DNA from: Candidatus Anstonellales archaeon | GTDB lineage: Archaea > Micrarchaeota > Micrarchaeia > Anstonellales > J096 | DNA length: 64,000 nucleotides | Reading direction: 5' to 3' | NCBI GenBank assembly: GCA_038890615.1 | Contig: JAWAFI010000002.1 | Coordinates: forward strand, 17,488-81,487 | Shown here: in pieces, positions 19,723 through 29,665 of the stretch | Numbering within the stretch: the first letter of the stretch is position 1 | Layout of the letters: each line of letters starts with the position of its first letter | Notes under the pieces: model-generated | The model's database searches: none | The model's input: the letters and a program-made list of their open reading frames with translations, nothing else | What the model was told of the DNA's origin: nothing | Program-made: the position numbers and the translations under genes

Positions 19723-20093
19723 TGGACAAAGAAGAGATGTTCAGGATCTACAGGCAAAGGAAGAATTTCAGAAAGGTGGATGGGTTAAGGCTGGAAGGGG
19801 CAAACCCCCTATGCGGGGACTCTTTTGCCTTAAGCATCAAGGTTAAAAAAGGAGTAATCAAGGATGTTGGCATTGAAGGAAGCGGTTGCATGCTGAGCAG
19901 CGTTTCTGCATCTCTTCTTGCTGAATACCTTAAGGGAAAAAAGGTTGAAGAGGCAAAAAAGCTTAAAGAAGATGATATGTACAGAATAGTGGGAATTGAC
20001 ATGAGCCACAACCCTGTCAGGGCAAAGTGCCTCTTGCTCCCACTGCACATTTTAAAAACGATGGGAATGAACAACAATTATGAAAAGAATTAA
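19722..20093 (+). CDS. sufU: SufU/IscU-type scaffold or sulfur-transfer protein
   Basis: NPLCGD, GCMLS, RAKC conserved Cys/Asp set. Confidence 0.88.
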   Translation: MDKEEMFRIYRQRKNFRKVDGLRLEGANPLCGDSFALSIKVKKGVIKDVGIEGSGCMLSSVSASLLAEYLKGKKVEEAKKLKEDDMYRIVGIDMSHNPVRAKCLLLPLHILKTMGMNNNYEKN

Positions 20094-20604
20094 GGATGCG
20101 ATTGAACGAAAGCTCTGTGAAAAGGAAAAAAAGTGGAAAGATATGGAGATCATTACACCTGAGATGGAAAGGGAAGAGATTAGGAGATTAATAACAGCAA
20201 GGTGCATGACTTACGATACTTATAGAATAATAGAGCCTCTCTTAGCCAGAATGGAAAAAAACCTTGAGAATGTGGCTATTATCTCTTCTCTGCTTAAAGA
20301 TTCCTTTTCTCCTGTTAAGATTAACGCAGGGATGGCCCTTCTAATAGGGTGCCAAATAGGAATAAACATAGAAAAGGCAATGCCAGATGTAGTTGAAGCG
20401 CTTGAAGACAAAGAACCTAGGGTTAGGTCAATAGCAGCATCAATAATAAGGGAAATGGCAATCAAGGGCTATAAGGCGAAGAAGTGGCTCTTGGAAACAC
20501 TTAAGGCATATGCCCAATACGATCCTGACAAGGATGTGCAACTTTCTTGCGCAATGGCGCTTAGGGCAATTGAGTTGCAGAAAGAGGGCAACAATTATGG
20601 ATAG
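20080..20604 (+). CDS. HEAT-repeat protein
   Basis: LLKDSFSPVKINAGMAL, ALEDKEPRVRSIAASII, DPDKDVQLSCAMAL. Confidence 0.75.
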   Translation: MKRIKDAIERKLCEKEKKWKDMEIITPEMEREEIRRLITARCMTYDTYRIIEPLLARMEKNLENVAIISSLLKDSFSPVKINAGMALLIGCQIGINIEKAMPDVVEALEDKEPRVRSIAASIIREMAIKGYKAKKWLLETLKAYAQYDPDKDVQLSCAMALRAIELQKEGNNYG

Positions 20605-21334
20605 GAAAAAAGAGAGCACGAAGTCGTTAGGCAACATACTAAGAAACTCGCTTAAAAAGGCGAAGGAAGTGTTCAATGTCAAAAAGCTCTATGAACAAGA
20701 GGATGGCATTCATTACAACTATCTCAACGACATGAAAAAATCAGCAGAAGCGATAAAGAAATTTGCAAGCATGCTCAACTCAAAAATAAAGGAAAGAAGG
20801 AACAAGGCATCAAATCTCTTTTTTTATGCTGCGAACACTGAGATCAATCTGCTTGTAGGGAAAGAAGAATTTATTAAGGCGCTCAGCTCAAGCGAAACTA
20901 ATGTAAGAAGGGTTGCATCAAGATGCCTAGAGAAAATAGCTGCTGAAGAAAACAGCATAGCTGAAGCGCTTCCTACATTAATATCAATAGCATCTGATAG
21001 GTCTGAAAACGACGAAGAAACCAGGCAGTTGGCCATTTTGGCAATTGCAAGCTCTGCAAAAGCAGGTGATGATATAAGCGCTGCATTTGAGGTGCTAAGG
21101 CAGGGCTTGCACAGCAATTACATAAGCATAAGGCAGGCATGTTCGCTTGCTCTCTACTATGCTGCCATAAATCAAAAGACCTCTAAGGCTTCTATAAAAA
21201 TCCTGGCAGAGGCCTGCAAGAGCAGTGAGGACAATGCAGACTACTTCGCTAGAGGAGTAATTTCTGAATTGCTCAAGAAGGGCGGCGAGAATATAAATGA
21301 TGCAATAAAGGATGAAATTGGCACTATAAGCTAG
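20597..21334 (+). CDS. HEAT-repeat protein
   Basis: Start refined to ATG 20597; ALSSSETNVRRVASRCL, DEETRQLAILAI, LHSNYISIRQACSLAL. Confidence 0.7.
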   Translation: MDRKKESTKSLGNILRNSLKKAKEVFNVKKLYEQEDGIHYNYLNDMKKSAEAIKKFASMLNSKIKERRNKASNLFFYAANTEINLLVGKEEFIKALSSSETNVRRVASRCLEKIAAEENSIAEALPTLISIASDRSENDEETRQLAILAIASSAKAGDDISAAFEVLRQGLHSNYISIRQACSLALYYAAINQKTSKASIKILAEACKSSEDNADYFARGVISELLKKGGENINDAIKDEIGTIS

Positions 21335-21347
21335 CATAAGCCAGAGA

Positions 21348-21431
21348 TGCAGGGGGTGGGGTTCGAACCCACGCAGCCACTAAGGCACAGGATCCTAAGT
21401 CCTGCGCGTTTGACCGCTCCGCCACCCCTGC
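21348..21431 (-). tRNA. tRNA-Leu(TAG)
   Basis: Reverse complement GCAGGGGTGGCGGAGCGGTCAAACGCG-CAGGA-CTTAGGA-TCCTG, long variable arm, GTTCGAAC. Confidence 0.96.
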
Positions 21432-21522
21432 GGCATAAAATTAGGCATTGCATTTAAAATAATGCTTTGCACAGGCGCCTTGGCTCCGCTCTGCTTTAAA
21501 AGCTAACCTAGCATTCATTCCC

Positions 21523-22296
21523 ATGCAAAATCTCTTAATATCTTACATTCCCTGCCGCACCCCCACCTTAAGGTACTGGGGGGATTCCCAAAGCCCTCTA
21601 TCTATAGAGCTTAAGCCCCGATCTTTCATTTCCATTAAATTCTACGATTCAGTTCACTGCGTTGGATGGAATGACGAGCATGGTGAGCACAGATGCCCGA
21701 ATAGCGCAGTTAATACAAAGCAGTGCCCCACCTGCAGGTCGCGAGACATACTAAGGGCATATGCATCTGCTGATTTTGCAGGGTTAGAGCATCTTAAGGA
21801 AAGAATAAACAATGTCCCAACCTCATTGTACTTGGCACTTTTTGGGGATGTTGTAAAGTGCGGCATAACTGCCACAAGCAGGGTTGAAGCGCGCCTTGCT
21901 GAGCAGGGAGCAGATATGTACGCAGAGTTGATGCGCTTCCCAACAAGGGAGGAGGCACGTAGAATGGAACTGCTAATATCCTCAGAATTCGGGATCACTG
22001 AGCGTGTTATGCTCAATGAAAAGATTGAATGCATATCGCTTTCAGCAGATGAAACAAAGCTCCGGGATGCAATAGCGCAGATACGCGAAAGGGAGCCCTT
22101 TTCCTCTTTTGTCATGCCCTCGGTTTCAATAAAAAGGATTGATTACAACCTCCCAGAAAAAGCCTCGCTTTCATGGAAGCCTTCAGGAGAAGTGCTTGGA
22201 GCAAAGGGGGTTTTTCTTTTCATAAAGAAGGACGGAGAAAATTACTTTGTGCCAATGCACTCTTTCAAGGGGCACCTTTTTGATTTTACTCCCTGA
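21523..22296 (+). CDS. DUF2797-like protein
   Basis: CVG...C.....QCPTC Cys cluster, LYLA.FG.VKCGIT...RLAEQGA. Confidence 0.7.
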   Translation: MQNLLISYIPCRTPTLRYWGDSQSPLSIELKPRSFISIKFYDSVHCVGWNDEHGEHRCPNSAVNTKQCPTCRSRDILRAYASADFAGLEHLKERINNVPTSLYLALFGDVVKCGITATSRVEARLAEQGADMYAELMRFPTREEARRMELLISSEFGITERVMLNEKIECISLSADETKLRDAIAQIREREPFSSFVMPSVSIKRIDYNLPEKASLSWKPSGEVLGAKGVFLFIKKDGENYFVPMHSFKGHLFDFTP

Positions 22297-22993
22297 TTGC
22301 CTCATATGCCTCCTTGCTCTTCCCTGAGAAATGGCTTGATAAGAAGTTCCCTATATGGAATGCTAAGTACTTTACATAACCCCATTTTCTCAGTCTCCTC
22401 AGCGAAACAAAGCACTTTGCCTTTGGGTCATACTTAACCCCCCCAACCTTCCTCAGCCTCTTTATTATATCAACCTCTTCTGCTGTCATTATGTCCCTAT
22501 TGAAGCCCCCTGCCTTTTTGTATGCCCTCCTGCTGAAGACTAGGTTGTCAGCAGCTGCATAGTCCAGCCCTAGCAGATTAAGAATGGTTGCAAGAAGGTT
22601 GAGCACCTCTGCCCCAAGATTCTCAATGAAATTGCCATCAAGCGCATAGATCGAGCCAATTACGCCTGCATAGCCCTCTTTTACTATTGCATCGCCTACC
22701 CTCTGAAGCCACCCTTGAGGGTAGATTGTATCTGCGCTTGCGCTTATTAGTATCTCACCCCGAGAGTTTATCATCCCTATCTTCCTTGCGTATGGTATGC
22801 CCTCTGTTTCAACTTCAATTACTTTGCAACCCATCCTTTGCGCTATCTCTGCTGTCTTATCCGTGCTCTTCTTATCAACGACTATTACTTCAATGTCATA
22901 ATCAGATTCCTGCCCAAATATGCTCTTTAAGGTCATAGGAAGGTTTTTTTCTTCATTGTATGTCGGTATCACTATGCTTGCTAGTTTTTTCAC
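22286..22993 (-). CDS. Glycosyltransferase family 2
   Basis: SIVIPTYNEE, VIVVD..STDKT, SAD, GGF, EE.D; GTG start. Confidence 0.9.
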   Translation of the reverse strand: MKKLASIVIPTYNEEKNLPMTLKSIFGQESDYDIEVIVVDKKSTDKTAEIAQRMGCKVIEVETEGIPYARKIGMINSRGEILISASADTIYPQGWLQRVGDAIVKEGYAGVIGSIYALDGNFIENLGAEVLNLLATILNLLGLDYAAADNLVFSRRAYKKAGGFNRDIMTAEEVDIIKRLRKVGGVKYDPKAKCFVSLRRLRKWGYVKYLAFHIGNFLSSHFSGKSKEAYEAIRE

Positions 22994-23042
22994 ATGCCTT
23001 TTTCCAGTTCAATATTTAAATTCATTTCCCATAATCCCCCTG

Positions 23043-23666
23043 ATGCAAGGAAGCCTTATCCAAAAAATAATACGCCTGAAAAAAAGCAGTACTTCTCGCT
23101 TAGCCAAAAAGAGAATGAAAGAGTTCCAATCTATAAGAAAAAAAGGCATAAATGCCATCTTCAAGGAACTTTGCTTCTGCATCCTTACTGCAAATTTCAG
23201 CGCAGAAGGAGGCATTCGCATACAAAAAGCAATAGGCGACGGCTTCCTGACAATGGGCGAAAAGGAGCTTGCAAAGGCCCTACGCTCAAATGGCTACCGC
23301 TTTCCTAATACAAGGGCCTTGTACATAGCAAAAGCCAGAGAAAAGATGCCAGAGCTTAAGAAAGCCCTATCAATGGAACCAAAGGAATTGCGCTATTGGC
23401 TTATTAAGAACATATATGGTTTGGGATATAAAGAGGCGAGCCACTTCCTCCGCAACATAGGATTCAATGATTTTGCAATAATAGATTTCCACATAGTTGA
23501 CCTATTAGTTTCAGAAGGGCTAATTCGAAAGCCAAGATCCATTACCCCAAAAAAGTACTTAAAAATTGAAAACAAGCTGAAGGAAATTGCAAAGGAAGTT
23601 GGCTTAACTTTAGGAGAGCTTGATTTGTATCTGTGGTATCTTTCTACTGGAAAAATCCTAAAATAA
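23043..23666 (+). CDS. ogg: 8-oxoguanine DNA glycosylase/AP lyase (Ogg2 type)
   Basis: ELCFCILTANFSA, GYRFPN.RA, GLGYKEASHFLRNIG, AIIDFH, LDLYLWY..TGKILK; start refined to ATG 23043. Confidence 0.93.
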   Translation: MQGSLIQKIIRLKKSSTSRLAKKRMKEFQSIRKKGINAIFKELCFCILTANFSAEGGIRIQKAIGDGFLTMGEKELAKALRSNGYRFPNTRALYIAKAREKMPELKKALSMEPKELRYWLIKNIYGLGYKEASHFLRNIGFNDFAIIDFHIVDLLVSEGLIRKPRSITPKKYLKIENKLKEIAKEVGLTLGELDLYLWYLSTGKILK

Positions 23667-23799
23667 CCATCTGTATAATCTTAGTTTCCTTCTCCCATTT
23701 CTTAACTAAATAATAAGTCTCTAAGCCCTTTTTAACCTTAATTACCGAGCAATTCCCCAACCAATTCTTCTAAACCTTTTTCAACCGTTTCTAAGTCAT

Positions 23800-24354
23800 T
23801 TATCGTTCTTTTTTTTTGAATTTATTCAGCATCTCATTTAATGTGAAAAGCGAAATGCCAACAACATTAAAGTAATCCCCTTCTATTCTTTCTATAAGCA
23901 GAGCCCCAATTCCTTGTGCCCCAAATGCACCTGCCTTGTCTAGCGGCTCTCCTGTTGCGATATAATTTTTAATATCTTTTTTGCCCATCCTTTTCATCTT
24001 TACTTTAGTAACTACTACTTTTACTTCTTTTAACTGATCTTTTACTACTGCGATTCCCCCGTACACCTTAATCCACTTGCCAGATATTTTCTTGAGAATT
24101 TTTTCAGCCTCCTTCTTATTTTTCGGCTTTCCTAAAATCTTTCCTGAATAAACAACTGTATCAGCCCCAACCACTATTTTGCCTTTGTACCTCGTGGCAA
24201 CTTCTTCAGCTTTGCCGAGCGCATTAGCAGCCACTGTTTCTTCCGGAGTCCTGAGCATTTTCTCTGGAAACCTGCTTCTTACACACCTGATTTTCCAAAA
24301 CTTCCTCAAAAGCATCCTCCTGCGTGGGGATGTTGATGCTAGCATTATCTCCAT
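23800..24354 (-). CDS. maf: Maf family nucleoside triphosphate pyrophosphatase
   Basis: LASTSPRR, GADTVV, ILGKP, GEPLDKAGA, IEGDYFNVVG. Confidence 0.93.
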   Translation of the reverse strand: MEIMLASTSPRRRMLLRKFWKIRCVRSRFPEKMLRTPEETVAANALGKAEEVATRYKGKIVVGADTVVYSGKILGKPKNKKEAEKILKKISGKWIKVYGGIAVVKDQLKEVKVVVTKVKMKRMGKKDIKNYIATGEPLDKAGAFGAQGIGALLIERIEGDYFNVVGISLFTLNEMLNKFKKKER

Positions 24355-24357
24355 GCT

Positions 24358-25002
24358 TCATTCACTCTTTCTTTTAATATATGTTTTTCTTGCAGGGCAC
24401 CATTTTATCTTGCACTGATTGCAGAGTGGCTTGGGCTTGCAAACTGTTTGCCCATATCCAACAAATGCCCTGTTCAGCCTTCTCCAAAATCTCCTTGGGA
24501 ATATCTTCTTCAGCCCTTTTTCTGTTTCTGCAGGTTTTTTTGTTTTCACAAGCCCTAGCCTGTTTGAAATTCTGTGAACGTGCGTATCCACTCCTATCTC
24601 TTCCTTTCCCAACATTCCAAGAATTACATTCCTGCTTTTCCTCCCAATCCCATCTAATTCTAAAAAGTCTTCAGGCATTCCCTCATTTACCACCCTTTTT
24701 GAGTTTGTTATCAGCCATTTTGCTTTCTGCCTATAAAATCCAACAGGGTAAATAAGTGCTGCAACCTCTTCTTCCGGGATTTTTGCAAGCTTCTCAAAGC
24801 TACCTGCTTTTCTAAACAACCTCTTTGCTGCAGCAATGCTTATATTATCTTTTGTGCGCGAGCTGAGAAGGACAAAAACAATCGCTCTAAAGATGCTTTT
24901 TCTGACGATCTTTCCAACATTGTAAACAGGCGCCTTCCTTGCCTTCCCCTCCATCTCCATTATTTCCACAATTTCCTCCAATATCTTTTTTTCCTTACTC
25001 AT
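24358..25002 (-). CDS. nth: Endonuclease III (HhH-GPD, Fe-S)
   Basis: LSSRTKD, PVGFYRQKA, LDGIGRK, VDTHVHRISNRLG, C-terminal CKPKPLCNQCKIKWC. Confidence 0.9.
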   Translation of the reverse strand: MSKEKKILEEIVEIMEMEGKARKAPVYNVGKIVRKSIFRAIVFVLLSSRTKDNISIAAAKRLFRKAGSFEKLAKIPEEEVAALIYPVGFYRQKAKWLITNSKRVVNEGMPEDFLELDGIGRKSRNVILGMLGKEEIGVDTHVHRISNRLGLVKTKKPAETEKGLKKIFPRRFWRRLNRAFVGYGQTVCKPKPLCNQCKIKWCPARKTYIKRKSE

Positions 25003-25137
25003 AAAAATACCAATCAAAAGCTGTTTTTAACCTTTCCCACCCTTTAAAGTTGTTATTTTTTAAGTTATTTTTACGAGAGAAAAGGAAACCTATATAAATA
25101 TGCGCTTAATAATAACCACTGCGACCAGGTGATAGGT

Positions 25138-26223
25138 ATGGAAGATTTGATAAGATCAGTAACTAAATCTGGATTTGAAGGGGCTAAAGCAGAAGACAGC
25201 GGAAACATTGACAGTTCTGATACTATAAAAATAGTAACAGTAGGGGTTGGTGGTGGAGGGAACAACACTATCAACAGGCTAGTGAAGCTAGGGGTCAAAG
25301 GCTCTGAGCTTTGCGCTGTTAACACGGATGCCCAGCACTTAAAGCTTATGCACGAGAGTGTTAAGAAGATACTCATAGGGAAGAGCATAACAAGGGGGCT
25401 TGGGGCAGGAGGAGACCCTGACATAGGAGCAAAAGCTGCTGAAGTTGACAGGGCATCCTTAGAGAAAGCAGTTGAAGGGGCACACTTAGTTTTCATTTGC
25501 GCAGGCGCTGGAGGAGGAACAGGAAGCGGGGCAGCGCCGGTAGTTGCGCAGATCGCAAAAGAGCAAGGCGCGATTACCGTAGCGATGGTCACTTATCCGT
25601 TTGCCTTGGAAAGAGTAAGGAGAAAAAAAGCAGATGAAACTATAGCAAAGCTGCAGAAGATTGCTGACTCAGTAATAATACTCGACAACAACAAGCTTGT
25701 TGAGCTTGTTCCAAACCTGCCTATGCAGGACGCTTTTGTTGTTGCAGATGAAATACTTGCAAGGGCCATTTCAGGTCTTGTATGGACAATAACCCAGCCA
25801 TCGCTCGTAAACATCGACTTTGCAGATGTCAGGAGCATCATGAAAGATGGCGGGGTTGGGTTCATAGCAGTAGGCGAAGGCAAAGGCAACGACAAGGTCA
25901 AGAATGCTGCAGACAGCGTGCTAAAGAACAGGCTGTTGGATGTCGATTTCGAGGGTGCAAAAGGAGCGCTTATCCACATTTCAGGCGGCCCAGACCTAAC
26001 TCTAGGAGATGCAGTCAAGGCAGGTGAGCTTATAACTGAGAGGATGGACCCTGACGCAAATGTAAAGTGGGGCGCAAGGCTTGTCAGCAACTATGAAGGC
26101 AAGATGGAGGTTGTGGCTATCGTTACAGGCGTAAAGGGCGCAAGCGTTGGCGGCAAATCGTTGTCTGACCAGCAAGAAGCAGCTTTCCTTGGCTCTACTG
26201 GAGATTTAGATATGCTAGGCTGA
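25138..26223 (+). CDS. ftsZ: Cell division protein FtsZ (paralogue A)
   Basis: GVGGGGNN, NTDAQHL, GGGTGSG, T7 loop NIDFAD; TATATAAATA at 25091 and SD AGGTGA before ATG 25138. Confidence 0.96.
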   Translation: MEDLIRSVTKSGFEGAKAEDSGNIDSSDTIKIVTVGVGGGGNNTINRLVKLGVKGSELCAVNTDAQHLKLMHESVKKILIGKSITRGLGAGGDPDIGAKAAEVDRASLEKAVEGAHLVFICAGAGGGTGSGAAPVVAQIAKEQGAITVAMVTYPFALERVRRKKADETIAKLQKIADSVIILDNNKLVELVPNLPMQDAFVVADEILARAISGLVWTITQPSLVNIDFADVRSIMKDGGVGFIAVGEGKGNDKVKNAADSVLKNRLLDVDFEGAKGALIHISGGPDLTLGDAVKAGELITERMDPDANVKWGARLVSNYEGKMEVVAIVTGVKGASVGGKSLSDQQEAAFLGSTGDLDMLG

Positions 26224-26226
26224 ACT

Positions 26227-27243
26227 ATGACTGATGACTTTGAGGGAGTTCAAATCAGTGTCGTTGGCGTTGGAGGAGGGGGGAGCAACTGCGTCTCCCG
26301 CATGATGTCCTCCGGGATAAAGAGCGCAAGAACAGTGGCCATAAACACAGATTCAAGGCACCTATTAATCACGCAGGCCCACAAGAAAGTCCTTATTGGG
26401 AAGAAGATAACAAGAGGGATGGGAGCAGGAGGGGATGAAAAAATAGGAGAGAAGTGCGCTGAGATGGATGCTGCCCTAATAAAAGAGGCAATAGGAAACT
26501 CCAACCTGGTTTTTGTTACAGCTGGGATGGGAGGAGGAACAGGAAGCGGGGCAGCGCCGGTAGTGGCTAGGATAGCAAAAGAGATGGGCGCCATAACAAT
26601 AGGGGTAGTTACCTACCCATTTGCTTTGGAACGCACAAGGCTCAGGAAAGCAGAGATGGCCATAAACAGAATGGTTAAGGAGTGCGACACTCTAGTAGTA
26701 ATAGACAACAACAGGCTCCTATCTTATGCTCCTAACCTTCCACTGAACCAGGCCCTTGAGATGGTTGATTCAGTGACTCAAAGGGCAGTGGTGGGAATAA
26801 GCGACACCATAATACTCCCTTCATTGATGAACATTGACTATGCAGATGTTAAGAGCGTAATGGCAAACAGGGGCATTGCAATGATTTCTTTAGGCGAAGG
26901 ATATGGCTATACAAAGATAGAGGATGCTGCCAAAAGCGCGCTTGAGCATCCCTTGCTTGATACAACTTACGAAGGGGCAAAGGCAGCACTTGTGCACATA
27001 GAAGGCAATTCCTCACTAACTCTTGGAGAGGCAATAAAGCTGGGCAACATGATAACAGATCGCTTTGACCCTGATGCTAATGTGAAAATAGGGGCCCGCA
27101 TACTCCCTGATATCGAAGGAGTTCGTGTAACTACTATAGTGGCAGGCCTTTCATCCCCATGCTTCCTAAATGGCAAGGCAACAAGCTCTAGTGCCAATTC
27201 CGTGGTCCAAAACTACAGCCCGGAGACTCTCTATACCCTCTAA
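26227..27243 (+). CDS. ftsZ: Cell division protein FtsZ (paralogue B)
   Basis: GVGGGGSN, NTDSRHL, GGGTGSG, NIDYAD. Confidence 0.95.
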   Translation: MTDDFEGVQISVVGVGGGGSNCVSRMMSSGIKSARTVAINTDSRHLLITQAHKKVLIGKKITRGMGAGGDEKIGEKCAEMDAALIKEAIGNSNLVFVTAGMGGGTGSGAAPVVARIAKEMGAITIGVVTYPFALERTRLRKAEMAINRMVKECDTLVVIDNNRLLSYAPNLPLNQALEMVDSVTQRAVVGISDTIILPSLMNIDYADVKSVMANRGIAMISLGEGYGYTKIEDAAKSALEHPLLDTTYEGAKAALVHIEGNSSLTLGEAIKLGNMITDRFDPDANVKIGARILPDIEGVRVTTIVAGLSSPCFLNGKATSSSANSVVQNYSPETLYTL

Positions 27244-27256
27244 CCTTTTTTATTTA

Positions 27257-29665
27257 TTACTTCGGCTTGAATCCCCTCATTAATAAGCTGTTTGCAACAA
27301 CGCTTATAGAGCTTAGCGCCATTGCCGCCCCTGCTAATGCAGGGTCCAGTACAAGCCCTGTAAATGGGTATAAAACCCCCATAGCAATGGGTATCCCAAC
27401 CGCGTTGTAGAAGGATGCCCAGAACAGGTTCTGTTTTATTTTGCTTACTGAATACTTGCTCAATTGCACTGCCTTTACTACATCTTTTAGGCTGCTTTTG
27501 ACCAGCACCATGTCTCCGCTTTCTATTGCCACATCAGTGCCTGCGCCTATTGCAATGCCTACATCTGCCTGTGCAAGCGCATGCGCATCGTTTATTCCGT
27601 CTCCAACAAACGCAACCTTTCCACTCTCCTGCAGCTTCTTCACCTTTTCTGTCTTTTCTTGTGGCGCTAGCTCAGCAGCAACATCTTCTATGCCAGCCTG
27701 CTTTGCTATTGCTTTTGCAGTTCTTTTGTTGTCCCCAGTAACCATTGCCACCTTATACCCCATTCCTTTAAGCTTTTCTACTGCTTCCTTTGAGTCATCT
27801 TTTATAACATCTGCAATCCCTATTATACCTGCAAGTTTGCCGTTTACTCCAACAAAAATTACAGTATTTCCATTTTCTTCAACTTTTTCAATTATCTTAC
27901 GAGCATCCTTTGGGATTGAAACCTCTTTCTTTCTCATCATAGCTGAATTGCCTATTACAACATGCATCCTCTTAACAATACCTTCTACCCCATAGCCTAC
28001 TCTCTCTCTAAACCTATCCGCCTTTAGGCTGCTCTTTGCCGTTTTCACAATTGCCTTCGCGAGATGGTGCTCTGAATTTTTTTCAACTGCTCCTGCTAAC
28101 TCCAATAGTTCTTTCTTACTGATTCCAAACGGATGCACGTAAGTTACTTCAAGCTCCCCTTTTGTTATCGTCCCTGTCTTGTCAAAGAGAAACCACTTAA
28201 CCTGATGTAGTGTCTCAAGGCTTTCTGCATTCTTTATTAGTATTCCATTCTCCGCTCCCTTGCCGCTTGCTATCATAACTGCGGTTGGGGTTGCCAGACC
28301 CATTGCACATGGGCATGCAATAATCAGGGTGGAAATAAACATAGTCATTGCAAACACAAAGGTTTGCCCAGCAAGAAAGTACCAATAAATAAAAGCACAA
28401 ACTGCAAGTAACATGACAACTTGCACAAAATAGCCAGCTACTACATCAGCTATCCTTTGGATAGGTGCTTTGCTGCTCTGCGCCTCCTCAACAAGCTTGA
28501 TTATCTGCGCAAGCATTGTTTCACTGCCAACCTTGGTTGCTCTAAATTTAAAAGTCCCAACCCCATTTATAGTGCCTCCTATCACCTGATCCCCTCTTCT
28601 TTTCCTAACAGGCATGCTTTCCCCTGTGACCATGCTCTGGTCTACGCTGCTTTCGCCCTCAACAACAATCCCATCAACAGGTATCCTTGCGCCTGGCTTT
28701 ACCACTACTATTGAATCAACTACTACGCTTTCAACAGGAACCTCCCTTTCCTCTCCATTCAAAATTACTATTGCTGTTTTTGGCTGGAGTGCCAAGAGCT
28801 TCTTTATTGCTTCTGAGGTTTTTCCCTTAGCTATTGCTTCAAGGTACTTTCCAAGCACAATGAATGTCAAAAGCAGCGTTGCAGTTTCATAATACATAAT
28901 TCCGTGGATTACTGCGAACCCTATTAGCGTGCTGTAGACATACGCAGTTCCTACTCCTACAAACACAAGGCTGTCCATTCCTGGCGTCATCCTAAGAAGG
29001 CCCTTTAATCCCTTTTCAAATATCTCCTTGTTTAGATAAATGACACCACTTGCCATAAAAAATTGGAGAATTGCAGATACCTCTTTGCTAAGCATGTTGC
29101 TTAAGCTTTCAGTTCCGAGCATCTCAGGAAGCGCAAGAAGAAGCACAGGTATTGTAAGAAGAACTGAAAAAATCACCCTGTTCCTTAGCGCCCTAAGCTC
29201 TGCATTGCTCTTTTCCTCTGCTGAACCATGCTCTTCATAGGCCTCAATCCTATATCCAGCGCTTTCTATTGCTTTTTTTACCTTTTCAAAATCAGCCCTT
29301 TCCTTATCATACAATATATTTGCCCTCCCAGTAGCAAAGCTTACCTCTGCCTCTTTAATCCCCCACACTTCTTCTATCAACTTCTTTACATGTTCAGCGC
29401 GTTCTTTAGATTCAAGGCCAACTATCTTTACTTCCATCCCTTCTTTCTTCTCTTCAAGCTCCTCAACTTCATACCCTAGCCCCTTAATCAATCTCTTTAT
29501 TTCCCCAATTCCAATAATTCCTTCATGATATTCTACTGTGGCCTTTCCTGTGGCATAGTTCACATTTGCACTTTCAATACCTTTTATATTTCTTAGCTTT
29601 TTTTCTATGTTTACTGCACATGAGGAGCAATCCATACCATCTATCTGCAGTGTAACCCTTCTCAT
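27257..29665 (-). CDS. copA: Cu(I)-translocating P1B-type ATPase
   Basis: GMDCSSC HMA, second Cys-less HMA, TGES, CPC, DKTGT, GDGIND, YN, MALSS. Confidence 0.95.
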   Translation of the reverse strand: MRRVTLQIDGMDCSSCAVNIEKKLRNIKGIESANVNYATGKATVEYHEGIIGIGEIKRLIKGLGYEVEELEEKKEGMEVKIVGLESKERAEHVKKLIEEVWGIKEAEVSFATGRANILYDKERADFEKVKKAIESAGYRIEAYEEHGSAEEKSNAELRALRNRVIFSVLLTIPVLLLALPEMLGTESLSNMLSKEVSAILQFFMASGVIYLNKEIFEKGLKGLLRMTPGMDSLVFVGVGTAYVYSTLIGFAVIHGIMYYETATLLLTFIVLGKYLEAIAKGKTSEAIKKLLALQPKTAIVILNGEEREVPVESVVVDSIVVVKPGARIPVDGIVVEGESSVDQSMVTGESMPVRKRRGDQVIGGTINGVGTFKFRATKVGSETMLAQIIKLVEEAQSSKAPIQRIADVVAGYFVQVVMLLAVCAFIYWYFLAGQTFVFAMTMFISTLIIACPCAMGLATPTAVMIASGKGAENGILIKNAESLETLHQVKWFLFDKTGTITKGELEVTYVHPFGISKKELLELAGAVEKNSEHHLAKAIVKTAKSSLKADRFRERVGYGVEGIVKRMHVVIGNSAMMRKKEVSIPKDARKIIEKVEENGNTVIFVGVNGKLAGIIGIADVIKDDSKEAVEKLKGMGYKVAMVTGDNKRTAKAIAKQAGIEDVAAELAPQEKTEKVKKLQESGKVAFVGDGINDAHALAQADVGIAIGAGTDVAIESGDMVLVKSSLKDVVKAVQLSKYSVSKIKQNLFWASFYNAVGIPIAMGVLYPFTGLVLDPALAGAAMALSSISVVANSLLMRGFKPK

